Part shown: positions 24,474-32,000 of the stretch, one piece after another
Numbering within the stretch: position 1 is the first letter of the stretch
How the letters are laid out: the number at the start of each line of letters is the position of its first letter
Assembly (NCBI RefSeq): GCF_000010625.1
Contig: NC_010296.1
Span: 30,001-62,000, forward strand
Reading direction: 5' to 3'
From: Microcystis aeruginosa NIES-843
Lineage (GTDB): Bacteria > Cyanobacteriota > Cyanobacteriia > Cyanobacteriales > Microcystaceae
Length of the DNA: 32,000 nucleotides
Program-made: the position numbers and the translations under genes
Notes under the pieces: model-generated
What the model was told of the DNA's origin: nothing
Databases searched by the model: none
What the model saw: only the letters and a program-made list of their open reading frames with translations

Positions 24474-25795
24474 AAAATTTGGGTCTGAAACCCCGCCGTT
24501 TTACGGCGGCTTTGCTGTTAAATATTAGCACATTTACGAAATATATGCTAAAATATGAGACATGGAAAAAGCCTATTCTTACCGATTTTACCCCACACCC
24601 GAACAAGAGTCGCTATTGCGGCGCACATTGGGCTGTGTAAGATTAGTTTACAACAAAGCTCTCCATGTCAGAACACAAGCATGGTACGAAAAGCAAGAAA
24701 GAGTAGGCTACGCTCAAACTTCTTCAATGTTGACCGATTGGAAAAAACAAGAAGAATTAGACTTTTTAAACGAAGTAAGCTGTGTACCTTTACAACAAGG
24801 GTTAAGACACCTACAAACAGCTTTCACTAATTTCTTTGCTGGTCGTACTAAGTATCCTAACTTTAAGAAAAAACATCAGGGAGGAAGTGCCGAATTTACC
24901 AAATCTGCTTTTAAATTTAAAGACAGACAAGTCTATTTAGCTAAATGCACAGAACCTTTACCTATTCGATGGTCAAGACAAATACCAGAAAGCTGTGAAC
25001 CAAGCACAGTAACAGTCAGATTACATCCATCTGGACGTTGGCATATTTCAATTAGATTTGATGACCCAACGATTAAGCCATTACCAGTAACAGATAAAGC
25101 CATCGGAATTGACTTAGGAATTAGTAGCCTCGTGATTACCAGCGATGGCGATAAAGTATCTAATCCTAAGCATTTTAACAAGCATTATCAGAGACTGCGA
25201 AAGGCCCAAAAAAGCCTTTCTAGAAAACAGAAAGGGTCAAAAAATCGGGAAAAAGCAAGAATCAAAGTAGCCAAGATTCACGCTCAAATCACCGATAGTA
25301 GAAAAGACCATTTACACAAGCTAACCACTCAATTAGTTCGTGAAAACCAAACGATTGTGGTTGAGAATTTAGCCGTCAAGAATATGGTCAAAAACCCGAA
25401 ATTATCTCAGGCAATATCTGATGTAAGCTGGGGAGAAATCACTCGACAATTAGCCTATAAATGCCGTTGGTATGGGAGAAACTACATCGAAATAGATAGA
25501 TGGTTTCCTAGCTCTAAAAGGTGTAGTAATTGCGGGTATATTGCCCTTGAAAATGCCGTTAAATGTTCGAGAATGGGATTGTCCAGACTGTGGGACGCAC
25601 CATGACCGAGATATTAACGCCAGTAAAAATATTTTGGCCGCAGGGCTTGCGGTGTCAGTCTGTAGAGCGACCATAAGACCAGAACAGAGTAAATCTGTTA
25701 AGGCAGGTGCGAAAAATCCTTCGGGAAAGAAGCAGAAACCCAAATCGTGAGGTTTGGGAATCGCCGTCCGTTTTACGGCGGCGAGGATGTCAAGT
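24474..25795 (+). mobile_element. IS200/IS605-family TnpB-only element (IS1341-like)
   Basis: Subterminal hairpins CCGCCGTTTTACGGCGG (left) and CGCCGTCCGTTTTACGGCGGCG (right). It carries only a tnpB gene. An extended -10, TGCTAAAAT, lies at 24546-24554. Confidence 0.7.
24562..25750 (+). pseudogene. tnpB: TnpB (IS605 OrfB) RNA-guided nuclease gene with a frameshift near 25535-25545
   Basis: MEKAYSYRFYPTPEQESLLRRTLGCVRLVYN... The zinc-finger/RuvC-III region is split: CSNCGYI | [35 protein letters not shown] continues in another frame. Confidence 0.85.
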
Positions 25796-26585
25796 AGTCA
25801 TGGAAAATGTTCCTGAAATTTTGAAAGCTTATGGCGGTATCATCAGAGATGAAATTGTAGCACATTTAGAATCTTGGGGTTATCAAGTAGTTACTACTTC
25901 CCTAAACGCCGCTTATTATGGAGTGCCACAAACTCGCTCAAGAGCCTTTTTTTTAGCTAGTCTAGAGCGTTTACCATCCCTTCCCCAAGCAACTCATTCT
26001 GGTGATATCAGAAGTGATTATAAAGCTGTAAAATCTTGGACACAGCTTACTTTACTAGAACCAAATATTGCCCCAGTTACTACTGTTAAAGATGCCATTA
26101 GTGATTTACCTACTTTAGAAGCAGGACAAGCTTATGATCACGAAATTTATACTAGGGAACCCGAGACCATATATCAACAGAAGATGCGTGAGCAAAGTCA
26201 AAAAATTGTTAATCATATTGCCCGTGCTTTAACACCAATTCAAATGTCAAGAGTGCAAATTCTGGCGGAAGGACAAGATGCGAGAGATTTACCTGCTGAA
26301 TTAGCACCGAAAAAACACTATAGCGGGGCCTATGGTCGACTTTCTTGGGATAAACCAGCAAGAACAATTACAAGGTGGTTTTTTCATCCCGGTTCTGGCA
26401 GATTTTTTCATCCGACCCAGAATCGGACAATCACAATTCGTGAAGCAGCAAGATTACATTCTTATCCCGATCATTTTCACTTTTTAGGGACTTATACTGA
26501 TATGGCCTCTCAAATTGGAGAATCTGTGCCACCACTGTTAGGCAAAGTGGTAGCAGACTCTATGGGACAAAATCTTGAGTATTAG
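25794..26585 (+). pseudogene. 5'-truncated DNA (cytosine-5) methyltransferase (motifs VI-X only)
   Basis: ENVPEIL (motif VI), QTRSRAFF (motif VIII), TIREAARLHSYPDHFHF and QIGESVPP (IX/X) are present. Motifs I (FxGxG) and IV (PCQ) are missing. The fragment starts at the IS605 right end. Confidence 0.8.
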
Positions 26586-27727
26586 TTTGGGTTTGTAGCG
26601 CTGCAAAAATTGTCTCCACATATCGATCTATTGTCAGACGAGTTCTCTCAATTCTCAGACGAATAGCGGCAGCGGGGATTGTTCTGCTTCTAAACAACTG
26701 TTTCTGATTTTTGTACCAAACTAACTGAGTTTTGCCAGCGATGCTTCCCTGTAAACCTGCCCCTACTCCCCCAGTTTTTTTATCTATTGCCCATGCCCAA
26801 GAAAAAACATTAGGATCAAGAGGATTAAGGGGGTATTCACAGTAAACATATTCATTGCCCTCTCGGTTTTTTAGCAATATTCCCTCATAGCTGTTGATGA
26901 CATTTTGAGCAGTTTGACTGGAGCGAATCTTCTCGTTCCAGTGTTGAATAATAGCGGTTCCCAGTTGTGCGGGGGAAGATTGCAGATTCAAAGAGGGAAC
27001 CCCAAGTTGAATGGCTTTTTTGATAATATCTGCTCGTTGAATTACGAACAAAAAGGTATTATCTGTAGTTAGGGTCTGCTGAAAAAGTTTTTCGTGGGGG
27101 CAGGGTGTGGGGTGTGGGGTGTGGGGTGTAGGGTTTTACCGATTTTGAGGTAGTCAGTTACCTGGGGTCTGCTGAAAAAGTTTTTCCTAGGGGCAGGGTG
27201 TAGGGTGTGGGGTGTGGGGTTTTACCGATTTTGAGGGGGTCAATTACCTAATTTTCAGGGAAAAAGTCCCTGAATTTCCCCCTGATCACTCCCATATCTG
27301 GTACTTTTGGATTTCAAAAAAGTCTAAAAGTCTTATCCAGCAAGGTTTTTAGATTTATTCAGCCAGCCCTACCTAATTTTCAGGGAAAAAGTCTAGGAAT
27401 TTTCCCCCCGATCACTCCAATGGTAGGCACTTTTTGAGGGAAAAAAAGTCTAAAAGCCTTATCCAACAAGGTTTTTAGATTTATTCAGCCAGCCCTAGTT
27501 AAACTATTCAGTTGTAGAGATTTTAGCGACCAACCACTGGCAGTTTTACTGTCCACTGCATCGTAGAGTAGTTTGCTTCTGCCTAGGGCAGGATCGGATA
27601 AAGGAATATTCTTGATATAATGAAAAATTGCTTCCCAGCTATAATCCTCGATCGAGCCAATCAATGGTGAGGCAATTGCGGCTAGAATGGCCTGCTTTAG
27701 TCTTTTAGTCTCGTCGTTCGTTAACAC
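26560..27727 (-). pseudogene. Putative type II restriction endonuclease gene interrupted by nested MITEs
   Basis: Fragments 27727-27497 (77 codons) and 27066-26560 join in frame once 27072-27496 and one AGTTA copy are removed, giving about 245 aa. The gene is convergent with and overlaps the MTase 3' end. The function is inferred from context only. Confidence 0.5.
27072..27496 (+). mobile_element. MITE nested inside a MITE (outer 27072-27163 + 27371-27496, inner ~27164-27370)
   Basis: Same termini (GGGTCTGCTGAA...TTCAGCCAGCCCT) and the same GGGGTGT heptamer array as 14225-15222. 5-bp TSD AGTTA at 27067-27071 and 27497-27501. Confidence 0.75.
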
Positions 27728-27775
27728 TTAGGGATTCCTCTACGGAATACAAAAATTCACTCATCCTCAGACCTA

Positions 27776-29370
27776 GGGACTTCCAAAAAATAAACTATTC
27801 ATGCTCAAGAATAATAATCATTCTCGGAGTGTAGGAGGTAGGGGTCGATGGTTGCCTCCTCCTTCCAATTTTGTAGTAGAATTAATCCTGTACATTATTA
27901 ATCAAGTTTTTCTTTGTAAGTGTATATGGAATTAACTGATTCCCTCAAGAAATTGCTCAGTGAAACTGCACTTCAATTAAAAGGTGCAGCTAAAAGAAGA
28001 TTCATGGCCCAAACAGTCTTAGAATTAGGCTATGGGGGACAAACCCTTGCTGCACAGGAGTTAGGCTGGAATCGAACTACTATTCGTAAAGGAATTAAAG
28101 AACTAAAAAGAGGTATTATTTGTGTTGATAATCATTCAGCTAAGGGGCGGAAAAAAGCAGAAGAACATTTACCTTTTCTATTGGAAAACATCAAAAGTTT
28201 AGTGGATTCTCAAAGCCAAACTGACCCAAGTTTTAAAAGCCAAAGGCTTTATGTGAGACTGAGTGCGGCCGAAGTCCGAAAGCAATTAATCTCTAAATAT
28301 GGGTACAGTGATGAGGATTTACCGAGCGAGGAAACTATTCGGGTTAAATTAAATAACTTAGGTTATCGTCTGAAAAGAGTCGCTAAAGTTTTACCTCAAA
28401 AAAAATTCCAGAAACCGAGGCAATCTTTGAGGAATTAGCTAACATTAATCGGGAAGCGGATGAAGACCCTACGATGTTACGTCTTAGTTTGGATGCCAAA
28501 GCCCGTGTTAATATTGGACTATTTGATCGAGGAGGTAAGAATAGAATAACTGTCGAAACAAACGATCATGATTTTAATCCGAAAACAACCCTAACCCCTT
28601 ACGGAATATTTATTCCAGAATTTGATGAGTTGTTTTTGTATTTCACTGCCTCCACAGTCACCAGTGACTTTATTGTTGATATATTAGAAGATTTCTGGGA
28701 GTCGGAAAAATCTCGTTTTGAGAAAATTAAAACTTTGATAATTAATCAAGATAATGGACCAGAAAATAATTGGAGACGAACTCAGTTCATGAAACGTATA
28801 GTTGAGTTTTCCCAAAAATATCAAGTTAATATACGTTTAGCTTACTATCCCCCTTACCATAGTAAATATAATCCTATTGAACGAACCTGGGCTGTGTTAG
28901 AAAACCCTTGGAATGGGAGTATTTTAGATGAAATCGAAACGGCTTTGAAATTCGCCCAAACTATGACTTGGAAAGGAAAACACCCGATTGTTAAGTTGAT
29001 TACTGAAACTTATGAAAAAGGAGTAAAGCTTACTAAAAAAGCCATGGAAAAAATCGAAGAAAAAATCGAACGTCTCACAGAATCAACGAATCAAGACTTT
29101 CCCGATTTGGGACAATGGTTTATTGATATCTATTATGATAAGACCTAGTTTGTAGTTAACTAAGATGGTTAGCTAAAAACTGTCTTTGATTCTTTAACTT
29201 GTCCTTGTTATACTCGAAAAAGCTCGGAAGTATAAGAGTTTGTGCTGCCTATTTTTTCGGAAAAATAGGTTGTAATGGGAGACTCTTTGTTTTCCTAGAC
29301 AAAAATAATTACTTTTTCAAAAAAACACTTTTCTATTTTTTTGTTGGGTATTTTATTCTCTGGAAGTCCC
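27776..29370 (+). mobile_element. ISAzo13-like insertion sequence (~1.6 kb)
   Basis: About 20-bp inverted repeats, GGGACTTCCAAAAAATAAA and (complement) GGGACTTCCAGAGAATAAA. Flanking CTA (or TA) duplication. Confidence 0.7.
27920..29148 (+). CDS. ISAzo13-family transposase in two frames (-1 shift within an A8 run at 28398-28405)
   Basis: ORFs 27920-28438 and 28474-29148. Frame 1 reads ...KKIPETEAIFEELANINREADEDPTMLRLSLDAKA upstream of the second ORF. A DDE region is present (INQDNGPEN...YYPPYHSKYNPIERTW). Confidence 0.75.
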
Positions 29371-29554
29371 CTAAAGCATTAGTAATATGACTAAGCACTC
29401 TCACCGATGGACTTTTTAATCCTCGCTCTAGTTGACTGATGTAAGTTCTATGCAGACCTGTTACTTCCGCCAAATACTCTTGCGACCACCCTTTTTCTTG
29501 GCGATAACGCTGTAGCTCTCGTCCTAAAATTTGCTCTAGTTGACCAGATTGCAT
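29333..29554 (-). CDS. XRE-family HTH protein, probable R-M controller (C) protein, with its 3' end replaced by IS sequence
   Basis: KGWSQEYLAEVTGLHRTYISQLERGLKSPSVRVLSHITNAL is a C-protein-like HTH. The native sequence ends at 29371. Excising the IS extends it to about 83 aa (…NALGLRMSEFLYSVEE…), overlapping the putative REase start. Confidence 0.6.
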   Translation of the reverse strand: MQSGQLEQILGRELQRYRQEKGWSQEYLAEVTGLHRTYISQLERGLKSPSVRVLSHITNALGDFQRIKYPTKK

Positions 29555-29615
29555 AACCTGAATTCTAGTCTTTTGTATACCAAAGTTCTACAGACTAAAG
29601 TATTCAATGTCTCAG

Positions 29616-29734
29616 TGCCGAACAGAAACAGATAAATCAACCAAGGTCGATCGCAAATCGCTATGATAGAATATTGGGTCTTTAATTTCCGTCCCCTCCT
29701 CCTCTTATGAAACTGCCTGTCGTCGCTATTATCG
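29616..29734 (+). repeat. 119-bp direct repeat, right copy (functional der promoter and start)
   Basis: See 24355-24473. Confidence 0.9.
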
Positions 29735-31065
29735 GTCGTCCCAATGTGGGCAAATCCACCCTCGTCAATCGTATCGCTGGAGATCAACAGGCGATCGTTT
29801 TCGATCAACCCGGGATTACCAGAGATCGCACCTATCAACCAGCTTTCTGGTGCGATCGAGATTTTCAAATTGTCGATACAGGGGGGCTAGTTTTTAACGA
29901 TGACAGCGAATTTCTCCCTTTAATCCGCGAACAGGCTTTAATCGCCCTAGCAGAGGCAAGTGTGGCGATTTTTGTCGTCGATGGGCAAGGGGGAATTACC
30001 GCCGGCGATCGAGAAATTGCCGCTTGGTTACGACAGCAAAATGTCCCGATACTTTTGGCCGTCAATAAATGTGAATCGGTGGAACAGGGTATCCTGCAAG
30101 CGACGGAATTCTGGGAATTAGCCATCGGTGAACCCTTCCCCATCTCGGCCATTCACGGCTCTGGTACAGGCGAACTACTCGATGCGGTGATTAAATATTT
30201 GCCACCTGCGGCGGAAATTCCCGAAAATGAAGAGATTAAAGTGGCAATTATCGGTCGTCCTAACGTGGGTAAATCCAGTCTCCTCAATGCTTTAACCGGA
30301 CAACAACGGGCGATCGTTAGTCCGATTTCGGGAACCACCAGAGACTCGATCGATACTTTAATTGAACGAGAAGGACAGGTTTATCGGTTAATTGACACCG
30401 CTGGCATTCGCCGTAAGAAGAATGTGGACTATGGAGCCGAATTTTTCAGTATTAACCGTGCTTTTAAGGCCATTCGCCGGTCTGACGTGGTACTATTCGT
30501 CATCGATGTGCTAGATGGTGTCACCGAACAGGATTTAAAATTGGCGGGACGAATTATTGAAGAAGGGCGCGCGGTGGTGCTAGTGGTCAATAAATGGGAT
30601 GCGGTGGAGAAAGACACCTACACCATCAATACTTACACCAAAATGCTCCAAGATCGGCTGTATTTTATGGATTGGGCAGAAATGATCTTTGTCAGCGCCA
30701 TGACGGGGCAAAGAGTCACCAAAATCCTCGAATTAGTCGATATTGCCGCCGAATCTCACCGTCGTCGCGTCAGTACCTCGGTAATCAACGATGTGATCGA
30801 AGAGGCGGTGAAGTGGCACAATCCCCCCACCACCAGGGGCGGAAAACAGGGGAAACTATACTATGGCACGCAAGTATCGAGTCAACCCCCCACGATCGCC
30901 CTTTTCGTTAACGATCCCCAGCGCTTTAATGATAACTATCGCCGTTACATCGAAGGGCAATTCCGGCAACAGTTAGGCTTTAAAGGAACCCCGATCCGCT
31001 TAATCTGGCGCGGCAAACCGGCGCGAGAAGTGGAAAAAACGGTTAATAGAGCCACCAAGGTCTAA
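29707..31065 (+). CDS. der: Ribosome-biogenesis GTPase Der (EngA), tandem GTPase domains + KH-like domain
   Basis: Two P-loops, GRPNVGKST and [17 protein letters not shown] and NKCE/NKWD motifs. 452 aa. Confidence 0.95.
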   Translation: MKLPVVAIIGRPNVGKSTLVNRIAGDQQAIVFDQPGITRDRTYQPAFWCDRDFQIVDTGGLVFNDDSEFLPLIREQALIALAEASVAIFVVDGQGGITAGDREIAAWLRQQNVPILLAVNKCESVEQGILQATEFWELAIGEPFPISAIHGSGTGELLDAVIKYLPPAAEIPENEEIKVAIIGRPNVGKSSLLNALTGQQRAIVSPISGTTRDSIDTLIEREGQVYRLIDTAGIRRKKNVDYGAEFFSINRAFKAIRRSDVVLFVIDVLDGVTEQDLKLAGRIIEEGRAVVLVVNKWDAVEKDTYTINTYTKMLQDRLYFMDWAEMIFVSAMTGQRVTKILELVDIAAESHRRRVSTSVINDVIEEAVKWHNPPTTRGGKQGKLYYGTQVSSQPPTIALFVNDPQRFNDNYRRYIEGQFRQQLGFKGTPIRLIWRGKPAREVEKTVNRATKV

Positions 31066-31068
31066 TTT

Positions 31069-31944
31069 ATGGATTTATTGCGAAGTTTGCCCATCGGTCT
31101 TTATCTCGATCAACCGATTACCCGACTACATCAACTAGATGCCCGGGTAAAATTTATCTGGTTAATGGCTTTTTTAGCAGCACCTTTATTAGCTAATCCT
31201 TGGTGGCGTTTAGCTTTGGTGGGATTGTTAATGTTTTTAACCCTGTTAGCTCCTATTCCCCCCCGCGTCTGGCGGCAACAGATGGGCTGGCTGATATTTT
31301 TAGCGATTATCGTCTTTCTGATTACTGCTATCACTCCCGATGGTTTAGCGGTGAGTATTCAGCCGCGTTTACCGGATGAAGGGCTGAATTTACCGCCAGC
31401 AAGTGATTATCAGTATGTTTTATGGGATAGAGGTCGTTTATTTGTTACCCGACGTTCTTTGGAATTAGCAGTGAGAATTAGTACCTTAGTTTTTACTTTA
31501 ATTTATAGCACTAATCTCTTTTTATTGACGACGGCCCCGGAAGAAATTACCGAAGGTTTAGAGAATTTAATGAGTCCTTTACGGCGATTTAATGTGCCGG
31601 TGACGGAAATTTCTCTGACTCTGACCCTCTCTTTGCGCTTTATTCCCCTGGTTTTAGAAGAAGTGCAAAATCTAGCTAGGGCAGTGAGAACTAGGGCGAT
31701 CGATTGGCAAAAATTAGGGATTAAAAAGAGTTTAAACGTCTGGTTAACAGTAGTGGAAAAATTCCTAGATAATTTGCTTTTGCGCGCCGAACAAATAGCG
31801 ATCGCTATGGAGGTTCGCGGTTTTACCAGTCCCAATCAGCATCAAGTACGCTGGCACCAATTACAGTTAAGATGGGCTGATTTGATCGCTTTATTTTTGT
31901 TAATTCCCTTTTGGGCAGCCCGATTAGTTTGGGGGGGTTTATAG
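31069..31944 (+). CDS. ecfT: Energy-coupling-factor transporter transmembrane (T) component, CbiQ/EcfT family
   Basis: A multi-pass membrane ORF with the LTLSLRFIP and ARAVRTRA coupling-helix motifs typical of EcfT. Confidence 0.8.
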   Translation: MDLLRSLPIGLYLDQPITRLHQLDARVKFIWLMAFLAAPLLANPWWRLALVGLLMFLTLLAPIPPRVWRQQMGWLIFLAIIVFLITAITPDGLAVSIQPRLPDEGLNLPPASDYQYVLWDRGRLFVTRRSLELAVRISTLVFTLIYSTNLFLLTTAPEEITEGLENLMSPLRRFNVPVTEISLTLTLSLRFIPLVLEEVQNLARAVRTRAIDWQKLGIKKSLNVWLTVVEKFLDNLLLRAEQIAIAMEVRGFTSPNQHQVRWHQLQLRWADLIALFLLIPFWAARLVWGGL

Positions 31945-31975
31945 CAGTTATCAGTTATCAGTTATCAGTTATCAG
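31945..31975. repeat. Tandem heptamer (CAGTTAT)x4
   Basis: Read directly after the ecfT stop. Confidence 0.8.
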
Positions 31976-32000
31976 ATTTGAGTTTTAAGTGTGCAGTATT

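Noticed and set aside
24446-24640. A 64-aa ORF beginning MKLPVVAII.
   Set aside because: It is a chimera of the duplicated der start codons read into the IS605 left end. It is not an independent gene.
25707-25793. The N-terminal extension ([29 protein letters not shown]) of the methyltransferase ORF.
   Set aside because: This part is translated from the IS605 right-end hairpin region. Genuine MTase similarity starts at about 25794 (VVMENVPEIL).
29199-29390. A 63-aa ORF downstream of the ISAzo13-like transposase.
   Set aside because: It lies in the AT-rich right end of the IS and runs across the IS terminus. The peptide is hydrophobic and low-complexity, with no supporting signals.
29865-30617. 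Several 60-110-aa minus-strand ORFs inside der, with similar ones inside pirA, pirG, the AKR gene and ecfT.
   Set aside because: They are antisense to long, well-supported genes, have no independent support, and are typical shadow ORFs.
1-32000. A search for a PatD/TruD-type cyclodehydratase, an oxidase domain, or tRNA/rRNA genes.
   Set aside because: No ORF of suitable size or motif (YcaO-like) is present. PatG starts directly with the protease domain. No tRNA-like or rRNA-like sequence was recognised by eye, and this scan cannot exclude small RNAs.

Overview
The window looks like cyanobacterial chromosome, probably Microcystis-like. The support is repeated HIP1 GCGATCGC palindromes, many DUF29 and Uma2 genes, and cyanobactin genes. 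Three blocks are present.

(1) About 2.3-22.3 kb is a heterocyclase-free cyanobactin (piricyclamide/anacyclamide-type) RiPP locus.
- It has three small precursor genes with a conserved leader, hypervariable cores and a C-terminal FAGDDAE/V signal. Two of them are too short to appear in the ORF track.
- It also has a PatF-type prenyltransferase, a PatA-type N-terminal protease, a PatB homologue, a VWA-domain protein with a PatC-like tail, and a PatG-type macrocyclase.
- The locus is heavily colonised by selfish DNA: hicAB (split by an ISL3 element), parDE, an RHH-like/HNH pair, two DUF29-Uma2 modules and a lone Uma2 gene.
- The protease gene carries a four-level nested insertion: pirA <- IS701-family IS <- MITE <- ORF-less group II intron. 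A duplicated 5' fragment of pirA sits upstream, separated by an IS1634-family element nested inside another IS.
- The macrocyclase gene has a 1-nt frameshift. As sequenced, the pathway looks inactive.

(2) 22.5-24.2 kb holds ordinary genes: an aldo/keto reductase, a GGCT-like protein and a small membrane protein.

(3) 24.4-29.7 kb is a 5.1-kb decayed C-controlled type II (m5C) restriction-modification island, flanked by a 119-bp direct duplication of the der promoter and first codons.
- The methyltransferase gene is truncated at an IS200/IS605 TnpB element.
- The endonuclease gene is split by nested MITEs.
- The C (controller) gene is separated from R by an ISAzo13-like IS.
- Intact der and ecfT follow.

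Every insertion junction listed was checked by hand. Removing the element plus one copy of its target-site duplication restores the host reading frame. Protein-family calls come from recalled motifs, because no database search was possible.
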